A stretch of 64,000 nucleotides of DNA from assembly GCA_013289095.1 (NCBI GenBank), contig JABDAO010000001.1:31223-95222 (forward strand), given 5' to 3'. The stretch is from Bacteroidota bacterium (lineage in GTDB: Bacteria; Bacteroidota; Bacteroidia; Palsa-965). Positions within the stretch are counted from its first letter, which is position 1; each line of letters starts with the position of its first letter. The notes below the pieces were generated by a model. That model worked only from the letters and a program-made list of their open reading frames with translations. It had not been told where the DNA came from and made no database searches. A program made the position numbers and the translations under genes. Positions 51,615 through 62,064 of the stretch are shown here, piece after piece.

Positions 51615-51800
51615 GGTACGAGTGTATTTGTCTTCATTACTAGGGAAGGCAAAAATAGGAAAATTTACGTAAACAGCTGAAAACAGGAAAAACGCAGTAA
51701 ACTAACTGGATATCAAAGGAGTATGATGGTCATTCCGAAAATGGATGTAGGATTGAACAATACAGAATTTTTTACCCTACAAGACAACTTAGCCTTGCCC

Positions 51801-53366
51801 TTATCCGTACTTGATCATCCTGAAGATCGACTTGATGCTGATTTGTTTGATCAGGAAAGCCCAGAGTACAGATGCCCCGGCCATGATCAGGAAATTGATC
51901 ACCCATCGGTGGTGATCGCTATGAAACCCAAACATCTTGCTCAGGATATTGATCCCTATGATGCCAACGATAAAAACTCCCAGGGTAATGATCAGCCGGT
52001 AGTTGACCCGGAACCGGAACACATGCTGTACGATCAGCACCTGGCTCACCGCCATGATCACCTGTGTTGCAAGGCTTACAAAGGCCGAACCGACCGCATG
52101 CAGATAGGGGATCAGTATTAGATTCAGCGACATATTGATAATCATACAAATTGCTGCCAGGATATTGAGCTGTTTCATATTGCCGTTTGCCGTGAGCAGG
52201 GTGCCAAAGATGTAATTGGTGGAGATGGCCACAAAACAACACATCAACGGGGCAAAGACTATGGCCGCCTGCTCGATATGGTCTTTGTACAAAAGACCCA
52301 TGATCTCGTTGCTGTAAAAAACACACCCGATGGCAATGATCAGCGCCGGTGTGATAATAAGGGTAAACGACAGCTTGACCAGGGCCTCCACCGATTCTTT
52401 GTATTTGAGCATCCTCGAAAAGGTAGGCAGCAGGATGACCGAGAAAAGATAGGCAATCATGTTCGTTGCATCCAGCAACCTGAAAGCCTTGGCATAGATA
52501 CCTGCCTGATCGGCCCCGTTTTGCATGGCCTGTACATCCAACCGGTCGATCATTGCATGAAAGGGTTCGGTATGATAGCCTGGCAAGGTCTTGAGGTGTG
52601 TCACCTTTTCGGCGAGCGCTGCATCATACCGAGGAAGAATCCGTTCTACCATCACTGCATCGATGCGGTTATAAAATGTCATCAACAGCACAAGAATAGC
52701 AAACGGAAAACTTTTCTTGAGGATCATGAGCGCGAACGGATAGCTCCAGGCCAGTTTCAGCGTTTCGGTCTTGCGGGCCACAATCATAAAGGCTACCAGT
52801 GCCGTGATAAAATAAGCCCCGGTCTGGATGTAGGCAAACAGCATGATGTCCATCTGTATTTTAAACACATGGCCCCAGAGTATCAGGGCACAAATGGTGA
52901 TCATGATCAGCCGGTCGAGCACCGAAACAATACTGTCGGTCTTGAACAAGTGCAGACCCTGCAGGTTCGAACGCAGGTAGAGCACCATCGAGATAAGAAA
53001 CTGATTGAAGCCCAACAGGAGCAAGAGCTTGGTCAAGCGTGTATCATAGCCTATGGCCAGACCCACGACCACCGAACCCAGGATATAAATAAGCGCAAGG
53101 ATCAGCTTCAGCACAAACAGACTCGAAAAATGTTTTGTGAGCAGGTGGTTGTTCTGGGCTATGTTTTTGTTGTTGAAATTGGTGATCCCAAAATCAAGGA
53201 TAATATTGAGGAGGAAGGAGAAGTTGAACAGGGCAAAAAATTCACCAAAGTTCTGATTTCCTACCTGCTCCTGAACAGCAGGCTCGATGCCAAGCATCCA
53301 GAATGGCTTGACCAGAAGGTTAAAAAAAAGGAGAATGGCTAAATTGGTAAGAAACTTCTTTTGCAT
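51801..53366 (-). CDS. Wzx-like oligosaccharide flippase
   Basis: NLLVKPFW, LDFGI, LKKSFPFA, YNRID, AGIYAKAFRL; 12-14 TM segments. Confidence 0.88.
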   Translation of the reverse strand: MQKKFLTNLAILLFFNLLVKPFWMLGIEPAVQEQVGNQNFGEFFALFNFSFLLNIILDFGITNFNNKNIAQNNHLLTKHFSSLFVLKLILALIYILGSVVVGLAIGYDTRLTKLLLLLGFNQFLISMVLYLRSNLQGLHLFKTDSIVSVLDRLIMITICALILWGHVFKIQMDIMLFAYIQTGAYFITALVAFMIVARKTETLKLAWSYPFALMILKKSFPFAILVLLMTFYNRIDAVMVERILPRYDAALAEKVTHLKTLPGYHTEPFHAMIDRLDVQAMQNGADQAGIYAKAFRLLDATNMIAYLFSVILLPTFSRMLKYKESVEALVKLSFTLIITPALIIAIGCVFYSNEIMGLLYKDHIEQAAIVFAPLMCCFVAISTNYIFGTLLTANGNMKQLNILAAICMIINMSLNLILIPYLHAVGSAFVSLATQVIMAVSQVLIVQHVFRFRVNYRLIITLGVFIVGIIGINILSKMFGFHSDHHRWVINFLIMAGASVLWAFLIKQISIKSIFRMIKYG

Positions 53367-53515
53367 GATCCGATCTGAAGAGCACAAACTTACGCTTTTT
53401 CTGACGAACCGGTTGATGCCGGTCGGGCGGGGCTTATGCTGAACAAGCTATTCACTTAGTGAGCTCCAGGAGAAAACTCTGAATGCCTGCTATGCAGTAT
53501 TGTTGCCTATAGCCA

Positions 53516-54415
53516 CTACCCCTGTTTACCTAAGCGATGAATGCCTGTATTTCCCTGCACCCCTCCGGTATGGATTGCCAACAGACGGGCTCCTTTCTGA
53601 AAATGATCTTTACGTACAAGGTCAAGAATGCCGTACATCATCTTTCCGGTATATATGTAATCCAATTGAACCTGATAAAGAACAGAAAACTCGTCCACCA
53701 TCCGAATGAGTTCGGGGGGTGTTTTTGCATAGCCCCCAAAATGATAATCGCCGCTGATGCGGGTTTCTGTTGCAACGGCATCGCCCGCAAAGCAACGAAG
53801 CGCATCTTCAAAAAAGGAAATGTCTTTCAACGCCGGGAATCCCATGGTCTTGCCTCTTCCCTTTTCAGACAAAGCAATGCCGGCCAGGGTTGCGCCAGTT
53901 CCGCACGAACAACAAACCACATCGGGGTTATAGTTCAGACCATCCAGTATTTCGCTGCAGCCTTTTACCGCCAATTGGTTTGAGCCGCCTTCGGGCAGGA
54001 AATAGGCATCATTCCCAAACTCTTTTTCGGCCCAGGCCATCAGCTTCGGTTTATCGCGATAGGTAATCCGGTCTATATACTGAAGCTCCATCCCTTGTTT
54101 AAAGGCCAGTTCGAGTGTAGGATTGCGAGGAAAATGTTCCTCTCCGCGTATCACTCCCACCGTTGGGATACCATGCTGTTCACCAGATGCTGCCAGGGCG
54201 GCAAGATGATTTGAAAAGGCTCCGCCAAAGCTTACCAGAAATTTTTTTCCTGAACTCCGGAACGCTTCGATATTGTATTTGAGTTTGTACCATTTATTTC
54301 CGTTTACCGGACCCTGGATCTGATCGAGGCGGAGCAATTGTAATTCTATCCCCTTTTGTTCCAGCAGCAGGCTGCGGATAATTGTGGTTTGGACAAAAGG
54401 GTTTACTTCCTGCAT
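53516..54415 (-). CDS. ACC deaminase / D-cysteine desulfhydrase family PLP enzyme
   Basis: GNKWYKLKYN, SFGGAFSNH, PEGG, GTGATLAG, YHFGGYAK, LDYIYTGK, IHTGGVQG. Confidence 0.9.
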   Translation of the reverse strand: MQEVNPFVQTTIIRSLLLEQKGIELQLLRLDQIQGPVNGNKWYKLKYNIEAFRSSGKKFLVSFGGAFSNHLAALAASGEQHGIPTVGVIRGEEHFPRNPTLELAFKQGMELQYIDRITYRDKPKLMAWAEKEFGNDAYFLPEGGSNQLAVKGCSEILDGLNYNPDVVCCSCGTGATLAGIALSEKGRGKTMGFPALKDISFFEDALRCFAGDAVATETRISGDYHFGGYAKTPPELIRMVDEFSVLYQVQLDYIYTGKMMYGILDLVRKDHFQKGARLLAIHTGGVQGNTGIHRLGKQG

Positions 54416-54486
54416 TTGTTAACTTTACCGGGCAAAGATAGGCTGAAGCGCTGATCATCCTAAATACTGTTTTCATTTTATCAATC

Positions 54487-54663
54487 ATGTCAGAATACGA
54501 AAACCCAAAAAAACTCGATCCGGAGGATTTTTATCATACACCCGAAGGCTATATTGTCTTTACGGCCAGATATCTGCTAAAAAGGGGCTATTGCTGCCAG
54601 AACGGGTGTAAACATTGCCCATATGGTTTTAATAAGAAAACCGGTACTTTTGATTTAAAGTAA
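54487..54663 (+). CDS. Small Cys-rich protein (DUF5522-like, 58 aa)
   Basis: Too short for the ORF track. Manual translation: MSEYENPKKLDPEDFYHTPEGYIVFTARYLLKRGYCCQNGCKHCPYGFNKKTGTFDLK. Confidence 0.85.
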   Translation: MSEYENPKKLDPEDFYHTPEGYIVFTARYLLKRGYCCQNGCKHCPYGFNKKTGTFDLK

Positions 54664-54666
54664 AAC

Positions 54667-54674
54667 TATTTTTG
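54667..54674 (+). promoter_or_regulatory. -7 promoter element (TATTTTTG) of hutU
   Basis: TAnnTTTG(C) about 65 nt upstream of the ATG. Confidence 0.5.
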
Positions 54675-54738
54675 CCCAAACCGCGACAGGGGTGTTGACG
54701 CCAAACGTCGCTCCAACTGTTCAAAATCTTCCATTTCG

Positions 54739-56748
54739 ATGACTACCTCTGAATTCAAAAAACTTATAAGACAAGGCATCCCAGCTGTCCTCCCCAGGAT
54801 AAAACCACGGGATCTCACCCTGAACCATGCACCCAAACGCAAAGACATACTATCCGGTGATGAGAAAAAACTGGCCATACTAAATGCCCTGCGGTATTTC
54901 GAGAAGAAACACCATGCACTTCTCAGCAGAGAATTTGCTGAAGAACTGAAAACCTACGGACGCATTTACATGTACCGGTTCCGGCCCGATTACCAGATCT
55001 ACGCCCGCCCCATCACACAGTATCCTTCCCGTTGCAAACAGGCTGCGGCTATCATGCACATGTTGAGCAACAACCTCGATTATGCAGTGGCGCAACATCC
55101 ACATGAACTGATCACCTATGGAGGCAATGGAGCTGTTTTTCAAAACTGGGCACAGTATCTGCTCACCATGAAGTACCTGAGCGAAATGAGCGATGAGCAG
55201 ACCCTTGTTCTCTATTCAGGGCATCCCCTGGGGCTCTTCCCCTCAAACAAAGACGCCCCGCGTGCCGTCATCACAAACGGCATGATGATACCCAACTACA
55301 GTAAACCCGACGACCTGGAGCGATACAATGCCCTGGGTGTTACACAATATGGGCAGATGACTGCCGGTTCGTTTATGTATATTGGTCCTCAGGGCATCGT
55401 ACATGGCACAACACTCACTATACTCAATGCCGGAAGAAAATTTTCGAGATCGGCTGGGGCCGGTTTACCAGGACAGGTTTTTGTTTCAGCCGGTTTGGGC
55501 GGAATGAGCGGCGCACAACCCAAGGCAGCAAAAATAACCGGCGCCATCGGAGTAATTGCGGAAATCAACCCCAAGGCTATTCATACCCGGCACAGCCAGG
55601 GTTGGGTAGACGAAGTTTATACCGACCTCGACAAACTCATTGCCCGGGTCGAAAAAGCCCGTAAAGCCAAAGAAGCCCTTTCTATTGCTTATCAGGGAAA
55701 CATCGTAGACCTCTGGGAAAAACTTGCTCAACAAAATATCAAGATAGAGTTGGGCACCGATCAGACTTCGTTACACAACCCCTGGGCAGGCGGGTATTAT
55801 CCTGCCGGTTTTACCTACGAAGAATCAAACCGCATGATGGCGGCAGAACCAGAACGCTTCCGGAAGGAGGTGCAGAAATCACTCATCCGGCAAGTAAAAG
55901 CCATCAATACGCTTACAGCTCAGGGTATGTATTTCTTTGATTACGGAAATGCCTTCCTGCTCGAAGCCGGGCGGGCCGGGGCTGATGTAATGGGTAAAAA
56001 CGGAAAATTCAGATATGCCTCTTATGTACAGGATATCCTGGGCCCCCTGTGTTTCGACTATGGATTCGGGCCCTTTCGTTGGGTATGCACCTCTGCTGAC
56101 CCGAAAGACCTGGAAACAACCGATACCCTGGCCTTGCAGGTTTTCGAGAAGATGTATAAAACGGCGCCTAAAGAAATCAAACAACAACTCGCCGACAACA
56201 TCCTCTGGATACGCGAAGCAAATAAAAACAAACTCGTTGTAGGTTCACAGGCACGCATACTCTATGCTGACGCCGAGGGCAGGATAAAGATTGCCCAGGC
56301 CTTCAACAAAGCCATACGCAGCAAAAAACTTTCGGCCCCGGTTGTGCTTGGCCGTGATCACCACGATGTCTCGGGCACCGATTCGCCCTACCGCGAGACA
56401 TCAAACATCTATGACGGTTCCCAGTTTACAGCCGATATGGCCGTTCAGAATTTTGCCGGCGATGCCTTCCGTGGGGCCACCTGGGTATCACTTCACAATG
56501 GAGGCGGTGTTGGATGGGGCGAGGTTATCAACGGAGGTTTCGGGCTCGTACTCGATGGCAGTGCAGACGCCGAACGTCGTTTAAAATCCATGCTTTTCTG
56601 GGATGTAAACAACGGCATTGCCCGCCGCGGATGGGCACGCAATCCGGAAGCCCTCTTTGCCATCAAACGGGAGATGAAACGCAGCAAAAAGCTACAGGTG
56701 ACGCTACCAAACCTTGTGAATGAAAACCTGCTGAACGGGCTGTTTTGA
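54739..56748 (+). CDS. hutU: Urocanate hydratase
   Basis: NNLD..VAQHPHELITYGG, YGQMTAGS..YIGPQGIVHGT, GLGGMSGAQ, DQTSLHNP, GRDHHD, HNGGGVGWG. Confidence 0.97.
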   Translation: MTTSEFKKLIRQGIPAVLPRIKPRDLTLNHAPKRKDILSGDEKKLAILNALRYFEKKHHALLSREFAEELKTYGRIYMYRFRPDYQIYARPITQYPSRCKQAAAIMHMLSNNLDYAVAQHPHELITYGGNGAVFQNWAQYLLTMKYLSEMSDEQTLVLYSGHPLGLFPSNKDAPRAVITNGMMIPNYSKPDDLERYNALGVTQYGQMTAGSFMYIGPQGIVHGTTLTILNAGRKFSRSAGAGLPGQVFVSAGLGGMSGAQPKAAKITGAIGVIAEINPKAIHTRHSQGWVDEVYTDLDKLIARVEKARKAKEALSIAYQGNIVDLWEKLAQQNIKIELGTDQTSLHNPWAGGYYPAGFTYEESNRMMAAEPERFRKEVQKSLIRQVKAINTLTAQGMYFFDYGNAFLLEAGRAGADVMGKNGKFRYASYVQDILGPLCFDYGFGPFRWVCTSADPKDLETTDTLALQVFEKMYKTAPKEIKQQLADNILWIREANKNKLVVGSQARILYADAEGRIKIAQAFNKAIRSKKLSAPVVLGRDHHDVSGTDSPYRETSNIYDGSQFTADMAVQNFAGDAFRGATWVSLHNGGGVGWGEVINGGFGLVLDGSADAERRLKSMLFWDVNNGIARRGWARNPEALFAIKREMKRSKKLQVTLPNLVNENLLNGLF

Positions 56749-56951
56749 ACAATGATCCTCTCTGAAGCCCAGTCTGTTTGGTGACAATTGAAACCTTTAT
56801 GCAAAGCCCTCGTTATAGTTTCTGTGAAGTATAATTTTTATTAATAATTATTAAAATAGAATGCCAAAGCTTTCCGGCGAAAAAATTGAACCCGGTTTAG
56901 CTTTGATTGTTGTCTGACCACTTCTGTTATTCAAACAAAAAATAGCCTTCT

Positions 56952-58907
56952 ATGAGAAAAACGTACTTTCTGTCTCTGCTCCTTCTGCTTCTCGCCTCCC
57001 AACAAATACATGCTCAGCTCGTAATAAGCCTTGGAAGTTCAAGCAATGTACAATGTAACGGAGCAGCCACGGGGACTGCAACAATAACCGTAGTCGGCGC
57101 CCTGGGGCTTTGCTCCTATACCTGGGTGCCAGCCCCTGGTGGAGGACAAGGAACGGCAACGGCCACCGGTATGATAGCCGGTACTTATACCTGTAACGTT
57201 CGTGATTCGATTTTTGGGACCGGAAGCCAGGTCGTGACAATTACACAACCTCCTGCATTGACAGCCACGGCTGTAGTCTACAAAGTATCCTGCTTTGGAG
57301 CGGCAACAGGGTCGGTAACGCTTTCTGCGTCAGGCGGTGTTCCTGCCTACACCTATTCATGGACCCCTGCGCCCGGGAGCGGGGCAGGAACCTCTGCTAT
57401 TTCATCCCTTACTGCTGGGAATTATACTTGTTTAATCAAGGATTCTCATGGATGTACGCATAGCACACTAGCTACAGTAACACAAAACCCAAAGATCATA
57501 CTTACCCCGAGTGTTGTAAATGCCAGTTGTTATGCCACCTGCAATGGGTCTATTTCTACCACAGTTAGCGGGGGTGTACCTGGCTATACATACGGATGGA
57601 CACCCAATCAGGTTTATACCCCAGGCATTACTTCGCTTTGTGCTGGCACTTATACATGCCAGGTTTATGACAGCATAGGCTGCACCACCACTGCAACTGC
57701 TACCGTTGCACGTCCGGCTCCACTTGTCAACACACTGGCGGCCACCAACGCTTCCTGTGGTATGCCTTGCGGGGGCAACCTGACAAGCACGGCTACCGGC
57801 GGTGTAACTCCCTATGCTTACCACTGGATACCTGCCGGGACCCTGGCCGCTGTTGACACCGCTCTCTGTGCCGGTACTTATTCCTGCATCCTCGCTGATG
57901 CGCATGGGTGTAAGGATACAACCGCCGGAACTATCACCGCCCCGCCATCACCTGTCATTACTGGCTTGGTGAGCGATACTACCGGGCCCATTAATTCAGG
58001 CATGGCCTATCTGCTGCTGTATGATTCTGTTCCAAAACATCAACATGTGATAGATAGTGTGGCTATCATTTCCGGACGCTATACCTTTAATACAAGTGTT
58101 GGAGGAAAATTCCTGGTCTATGCGGTGGCCAACGCAGCCTCCTACCCCAATGTGGTGAAAACCTATAGCCCCAGGGATGATCAATGGAAACTTGCCACCA
58201 TTGTAAGCGCTCCCTGCGGCACGCTGGATACGGCAAATATCCACATGTTTAAATTGGTCCAGGCTACAGGCTTCGGCGCAACTTTTTCGGGGACGGTTAC
58301 CCAGGGCAGCGGGTATGTATTTAGGCTGATACCCGGGATACCCAGTGTGCAGAGTCCCGGAGACCCGGTACCCGGTCTGGATGTCAATCTCGAACAACAT
58401 CCCGGAGGCATCATTGCCACCACAACAACAGATGCTGTACAAGGTGCATATCAATTCAACAATGTACCTCCGGGCACGTATTCTGTTTATGTTGACATCC
58501 CAGGGCTGGGCATGGTATCTGAATATACCCGGTCGGTTGTTTCCACCGAAACCTTTACAAACCTCAACTACGTAGCTGATTCTGTAAAAATATATAAAGA
58601 CTCTACGCTGGCTGCAGGTATTCTCAACCAGGGAGCAACGCTTTCACCGAATCTGGCTCTTGCACCTAATCCCTTCAAGGACCTACTGTCAGTCAGCTAT
58701 ACACTCCAGACCGAGGGCGATGTGGTGTTTCAAATCAATAACTTGCTGGGCGAGCGGATTGCAGGAATTACCCGGACCCATCAGGATGCAGGCGCCTATA
58801 CGCTTCTCTTGAACACGGGTGAGTATAACCTGAGCCAGGGGGTCTATTTGTTCCAAATGACGAGCGGGTCAAATACCATCACCCGAAAAATCGTAAGCAT
58901 CAAGTAG
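56952..58907 (+). CDS. T9SS-secreted protein with SprB-like repeats and type A CTD
   Basis: Signal peptide; C.G...G...GG..PYTYSW repeats; C-terminal APNPFKD..INNLLG..GVYL..TRKIVSIK. Confidence 0.9.
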   Translation: MRKTYFLSLLLLLLASQQIHAQLVISLGSSSNVQCNGAATGTATITVVGALGLCSYTWVPAPGGGQGTATATGMIAGTYTCNVRDSIFGTGSQVVTITQPPALTATAVVYKVSCFGAATGSVTLSASGGVPAYTYSWTPAPGSGAGTSAISSLTAGNYTCLIKDSHGCTHSTLATVTQNPKIILTPSVVNASCYATCNGSISTTVSGGVPGYTYGWTPNQVYTPGITSLCAGTYTCQVYDSIGCTTTATATVARPAPLVNTLAATNASCGMPCGGNLTSTATGGVTPYAYHWIPAGTLAAVDTALCAGTYSCILADAHGCKDTTAGTITAPPSPVITGLVSDTTGPINSGMAYLLLYDSVPKHQHVIDSVAIISGRYTFNTSVGGKFLVYAVANAASYPNVVKTYSPRDDQWKLATIVSAPCGTLDTANIHMFKLVQATGFGATFSGTVTQGSGYVFRLIPGIPSVQSPGDPVPGLDVNLEQHPGGIIATTTTDAVQGAYQFNNVPPGTYSVYVDIPGLGMVSEYTRSVVSTETFTNLNYVADSVKIYKDSTLAAGILNQGATLSPNLALAPNPFKDLLSVSYTLQTEGDVVFQINNLLGERIAGITRTHQDAGAYTLLLNTGEYNLSQGVYLFQMTSGSNTITRKIVSIK

Positions 58908-58975
58908 AACCGTTGTCAGACGGTTTGAGGGGAATCAATCAGACGAGTGTTACGCGGTGCAGACCCGGTTCGCCT

Positions 58976-59653
58976 TTACCGCTCAAAGCGGTAGCCTATG
59001 CCTTTTACGGTAGTAATACAATCTTCCCCGATCTTTTCACGGAGTTTGCGTATATGGACATCGATGGTGCGGTTGCTCAAACCCATCTCTCCTCCCCAGA
59101 CCTCGTTATAGATTTCTTTCCGTGTAAATACTTTGCGTGGAGAGAAAAACAAGAGCGACATGAGTTCAAACTCCTTCCGGGGCAATAACAGCTCCTGGGT
59201 TCCCTTTTTTACCACATAACGCTCCCGGTCTATAGCAATGCCATTCAATGGGCGGCTTGTTTCAGTACGGACCTTGAACCTGCGCAGAAGCGCTTTGACA
59301 CGCGAATAGAAAATCTGATTACGACAGGGCTTTAAGATATAATCATCGGCCCCGGCATTGAAACCCGCTATTTGCGAATAATCTTCATTGCGGGTAGTAA
59401 AAAACGCAATGAGGGTGTCCTTGAGTTGTTCAGAACCCCGGTATTCGGAGCAGATCTCTATTCCGTCCATCTCGGGGTTCAGGATATCCATGATAACCAG
59501 GTTGGGAGCTATCTGAAGAGAATGATCAAGCCCTGTCCGTGGTGAGCTGAAAAAGTGAAGTTCTGCATGAAGCGCCTGTAGACTTTGACGGATAAATTCG
59601 TGAACACGAACATCGCTGTCGATCACGACTATCTTTGTTTTTCCGGCTGCCAT
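58976..59653 (-). CDS. OmpR-family response regulator (no adjacent kinase)
   Basis: IMDILNPEMDG, GADDYILKP, LPRKEFEL, RTIDVHIRKLREK, TVKGIGY. Confidence 0.92.
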   Translation of the reverse strand: MAAGKTKIVVIDSDVRVHEFIRQSLQALHAELHFFSSPRTGLDHSLQIAPNLVIMDILNPEMDGIEICSEYRGSEQLKDTLIAFFTTRNEDYSQIAGFNAGADDYILKPCRNQIFYSRVKALLRRFKVRTETSRPLNGIAIDRERYVVKKGTQELLLPRKEFELMSLLFFSPRKVFTRKEIYNEVWGGEMGLSNRTIDVHIRKLREKIGEDCITTVKGIGYRFER

Positions 59654-59770
59654 AGTATCCTGCTTTATTTTTGAGCAAAATAACACTAAACATGTTGCCG
59701 GGATGTTAAATCGGATTTAACGAAAGATTAATAAACCCATACTGCATCAACATCGTCACCCAGATCTATG

Positions 59771-60136
59771 CTATCCTCCTGTTTGAAAAATGGTGTATAT
59801 CTTGAAAAAGAGAAGAGAAACGATAATTCCAAGCCCGATCAGGGAACAGATAAGGATGGTCTGCTGTTTTCGCTTCGACCTGCTTTTCCGTTCTTCCAGA
59901 ATGGTATAGCCTCCGCTGCGGATAAAACGCACTCCATTTCTTGTAATACTCAGATACAGTCCTTTTTCGGAGGCTGTCTCTTGTAGCTGCGCATAACCAT
60001 CCGCTATCAACTTGTCAGAGTAATCCCTGAATTCAATAATTGACAGATAATTGTTGAGCGCCTGGTGGGCAATGGGATTCTCGGCCCCTTTCTCATTCAT
60101 TAGCGACAATAGGGTATCTAGTTTGGCAACATTCAT
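59771..60136 (-). CDS. Hypothetical protein with C-terminal TM segment
   Basis: 121-aa ORF; winged-helix-like LIADGY..SITRNG..F segment; hydrophobic tail. Confidence 0.6.
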   Translation of the reverse strand: MNVAKLDTLLSLMNEKGAENPIAHQALNNYLSIIEFRDYSDKLIADGYAQLQETASEKGLYLSITRNGVRFIRSGGYTILEERKSRSKRKQQTILICSLIGLGIIVSLLFFKIYTIFQTGG

Positions 60137-60303
60137 CTGCTGGTAAATTCTTAGGGGATGACACTAAAGCAAGGAATTGTCCTGAAAGGGTGAGGCTGGG
60201 TTAGATCTTGTTCTGAGCCGAAACCCTGCACGTCTAGCTTTCTGAAGAGTGCATAGCCGGAAGATGTAAATTACTCCGGAAGGATCAGGCGACAAAGCCC
60301 CGG

Positions 60304-60663
60304 TCAGGCAACCGGAGGAGCCCTGGTGCCATACAAGGACAATACAGACAGGAGAGAAAAATCAAGCGTGTTTATTCTCCCCGCTACACCTGTAGGCAGA
60401 TTGAACAACACAAAAGATTGGAATACGATGGGATCAAAATGAAGAAGAACCGTTTTGGGACGAAATTTTCTGAACTTTACAATGCAGTTTTGAACATTAT
60501 TCGTTACAAGGAGCCCAGTCCTTTTTTGAATTGTTCCAGACACCTGTTTTGTTGGGACAAAGGCGGCAGACGTTTCTGCTGTAGGAATAAACGCGAAAGC
60601 AACTCCGCTCCCTGTTAATAAAGTGAGCCCGATGAACAGAAAAAAATATTTCCAGTGTCTCAC
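60304..60663 (-). CDS. Signal-peptide ORF ending in RAPP (candidate arrest peptide)
   Basis: Inferred GTG start gives (M)RHWKYFFLFIGLTLLTGSGVAFA...SVLSLYGTRAPPVA*. Confidence 0.55.
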   Translation of the reverse strand: MRHWKYFFLFIGLTLLTGSGVAFAFIPTAETSAAFVPTKQVSGTIQKRTGLLVTNNVQNCIVKFRKFRPKTVLLHFDPIVFQSFVLFNLPTGVAGRINTLDFSLLSVLSLYGTRAPPVA

Positions 60664-60960
60664 GGTTGAGGAATGATGTTTTATTAGAATTTCATTAGAT
60701 TGATTCCACAAATTTGCAACATTCACACAATATATACAAGTGAAGTTAATAAATATTCCCGTGTTTGGATTTCCTTGTCTAAAAAAACAAACAAAACAGG
60801 GTACAATTTTCAGGACCATAAAATCTTTGATAGCTTCTCCTATCAGAAAACATTACTTTGTACAAATCAGGAAACCGATACTGTCTGTTGAAGATAAAAT
60901 TGTCTTGCAACCAATCTTTAGGTACAAATACGAACAGGTCTTCAGACGCTCTGACAGCAT

Positions 60961-62055
60961 TTAAGGTTTAATAACCTCTTCATCCTTGATCTCATCGTTT
61001 GCTTGTTTAAGTACGGCATCGCCCTCTTTCAAATCGCCATAGACTTCTACTTTATCACCTGCGCTGTTTCCTTTCTGTACACTCACCCAATGAACCTTGC
61101 TGTAAGCATCGACCTTTTGAACAAAACATTTTTCCATGTTTGTCACCACCGCTGTTTGTGGCACGTACAGGCTTTTCTCGGCGCGTCTTGAATCGAGCAT
61201 TACGCTGGCAAACATACCGGGAATCAACTGCCCTTTCTGATTGTCTATTAAGATCTCGATGACCTCTGATCGTGTCTTGGTGTCCACATTTTTTGAGATG
61301 CGGTTGATATTCCCCGTAAAGATCTGAGCAGGATAACTTTTTACATTGAACTTAATTTCATTACCTTCCTTCACCTGGCTCACCATTTTCTCGGGTATGG
61401 CAATGTGCAGACGGAGTTTACTTTCATTGTTCAGCTTCAGGATCGGGATGATGGAACGTTCGCCAGGGCCCACAAAATCGCCCGGGGCCAGCTGCCGTTC
61501 AGTGATGATGCCATCGAAAGGGGCCGTTATCCTCAGATAACCGGCTGTCTGTTTAGCTGCGTTGTAATGAACCGTTGCTGAAACCAGTTGCAGGCTATCT
61601 GACACAGCGTTCGCCTTTGCAAATTCAAGATCATTCAGAGAAACCGAACCCGGGGTTTTGTTTGTCTGCAACAACCGTCTGTAGTTTGCTTGTGTGGCGC
61701 CATAAATGGCCTCGGCTGATTTCATCTTTGCAAACGATTCAGACAATTGACTTTCTATTTCCGGCGCTTCAAGCTCGACGAGCAACTGCCCTTCCTTGAC
61801 CTGATCGCCAATGTCGACCAGGATGGTGCGGATATAGCTGTTGAGCTTGGGATAAATAGCTGTCGCATAAAACCCTTCGAGTTCGCCTGGAAGTATCAGC
61901 GAATGTTCGGGTTGAAGCAATTCTATCTTTACGATTTCAACAGCCGGTCTTTCAGTTTCTGTTTGATGTTCAGATTTTTTACCGGACGAAGAGCAAGCAC
62001 ACAGGGATGCGGTGGCAAGCACACTCAGCAGGGTATATTGAAATATTGTTTTCAT
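60961..62055 (-). CDS. RND efflux periplasmic adaptor (lipoprotein)
   Basis: Lipobox-like LCAC, VDIGDQVKEGQLL, ITAPFDGIIT, PGMF, VPQTAV. Confidence 0.93.
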   Translation of the reverse strand: MKTIFQYTLLSVLATASLCACSSSGKKSEHQTETERPAVEIVKIELLQPEHSLILPGELEGFYATAIYPKLNSYIRTILVDIGDQVKEGQLLVELEAPEIESQLSESFAKMKSAEAIYGATQANYRRLLQTNKTPGSVSLNDLEFAKANAVSDSLQLVSATVHYNAAKQTAGYLRITAPFDGIITERQLAPGDFVGPGERSIIPILKLNNESKLRLHIAIPEKMVSQVKEGNEIKFNVKSYPAQIFTGNINRISKNVDTKTRSEVIEILIDNQKGQLIPGMFASVMLDSRRAEKSLYVPQTAVVTNMEKCFVQKVDAYSKVHWVSVQKGNSAGDKVEVYGDLKEGDAVLKQANDEIKDEEVIKP

Positions 62056-62064
62056 CGGAGCTGT

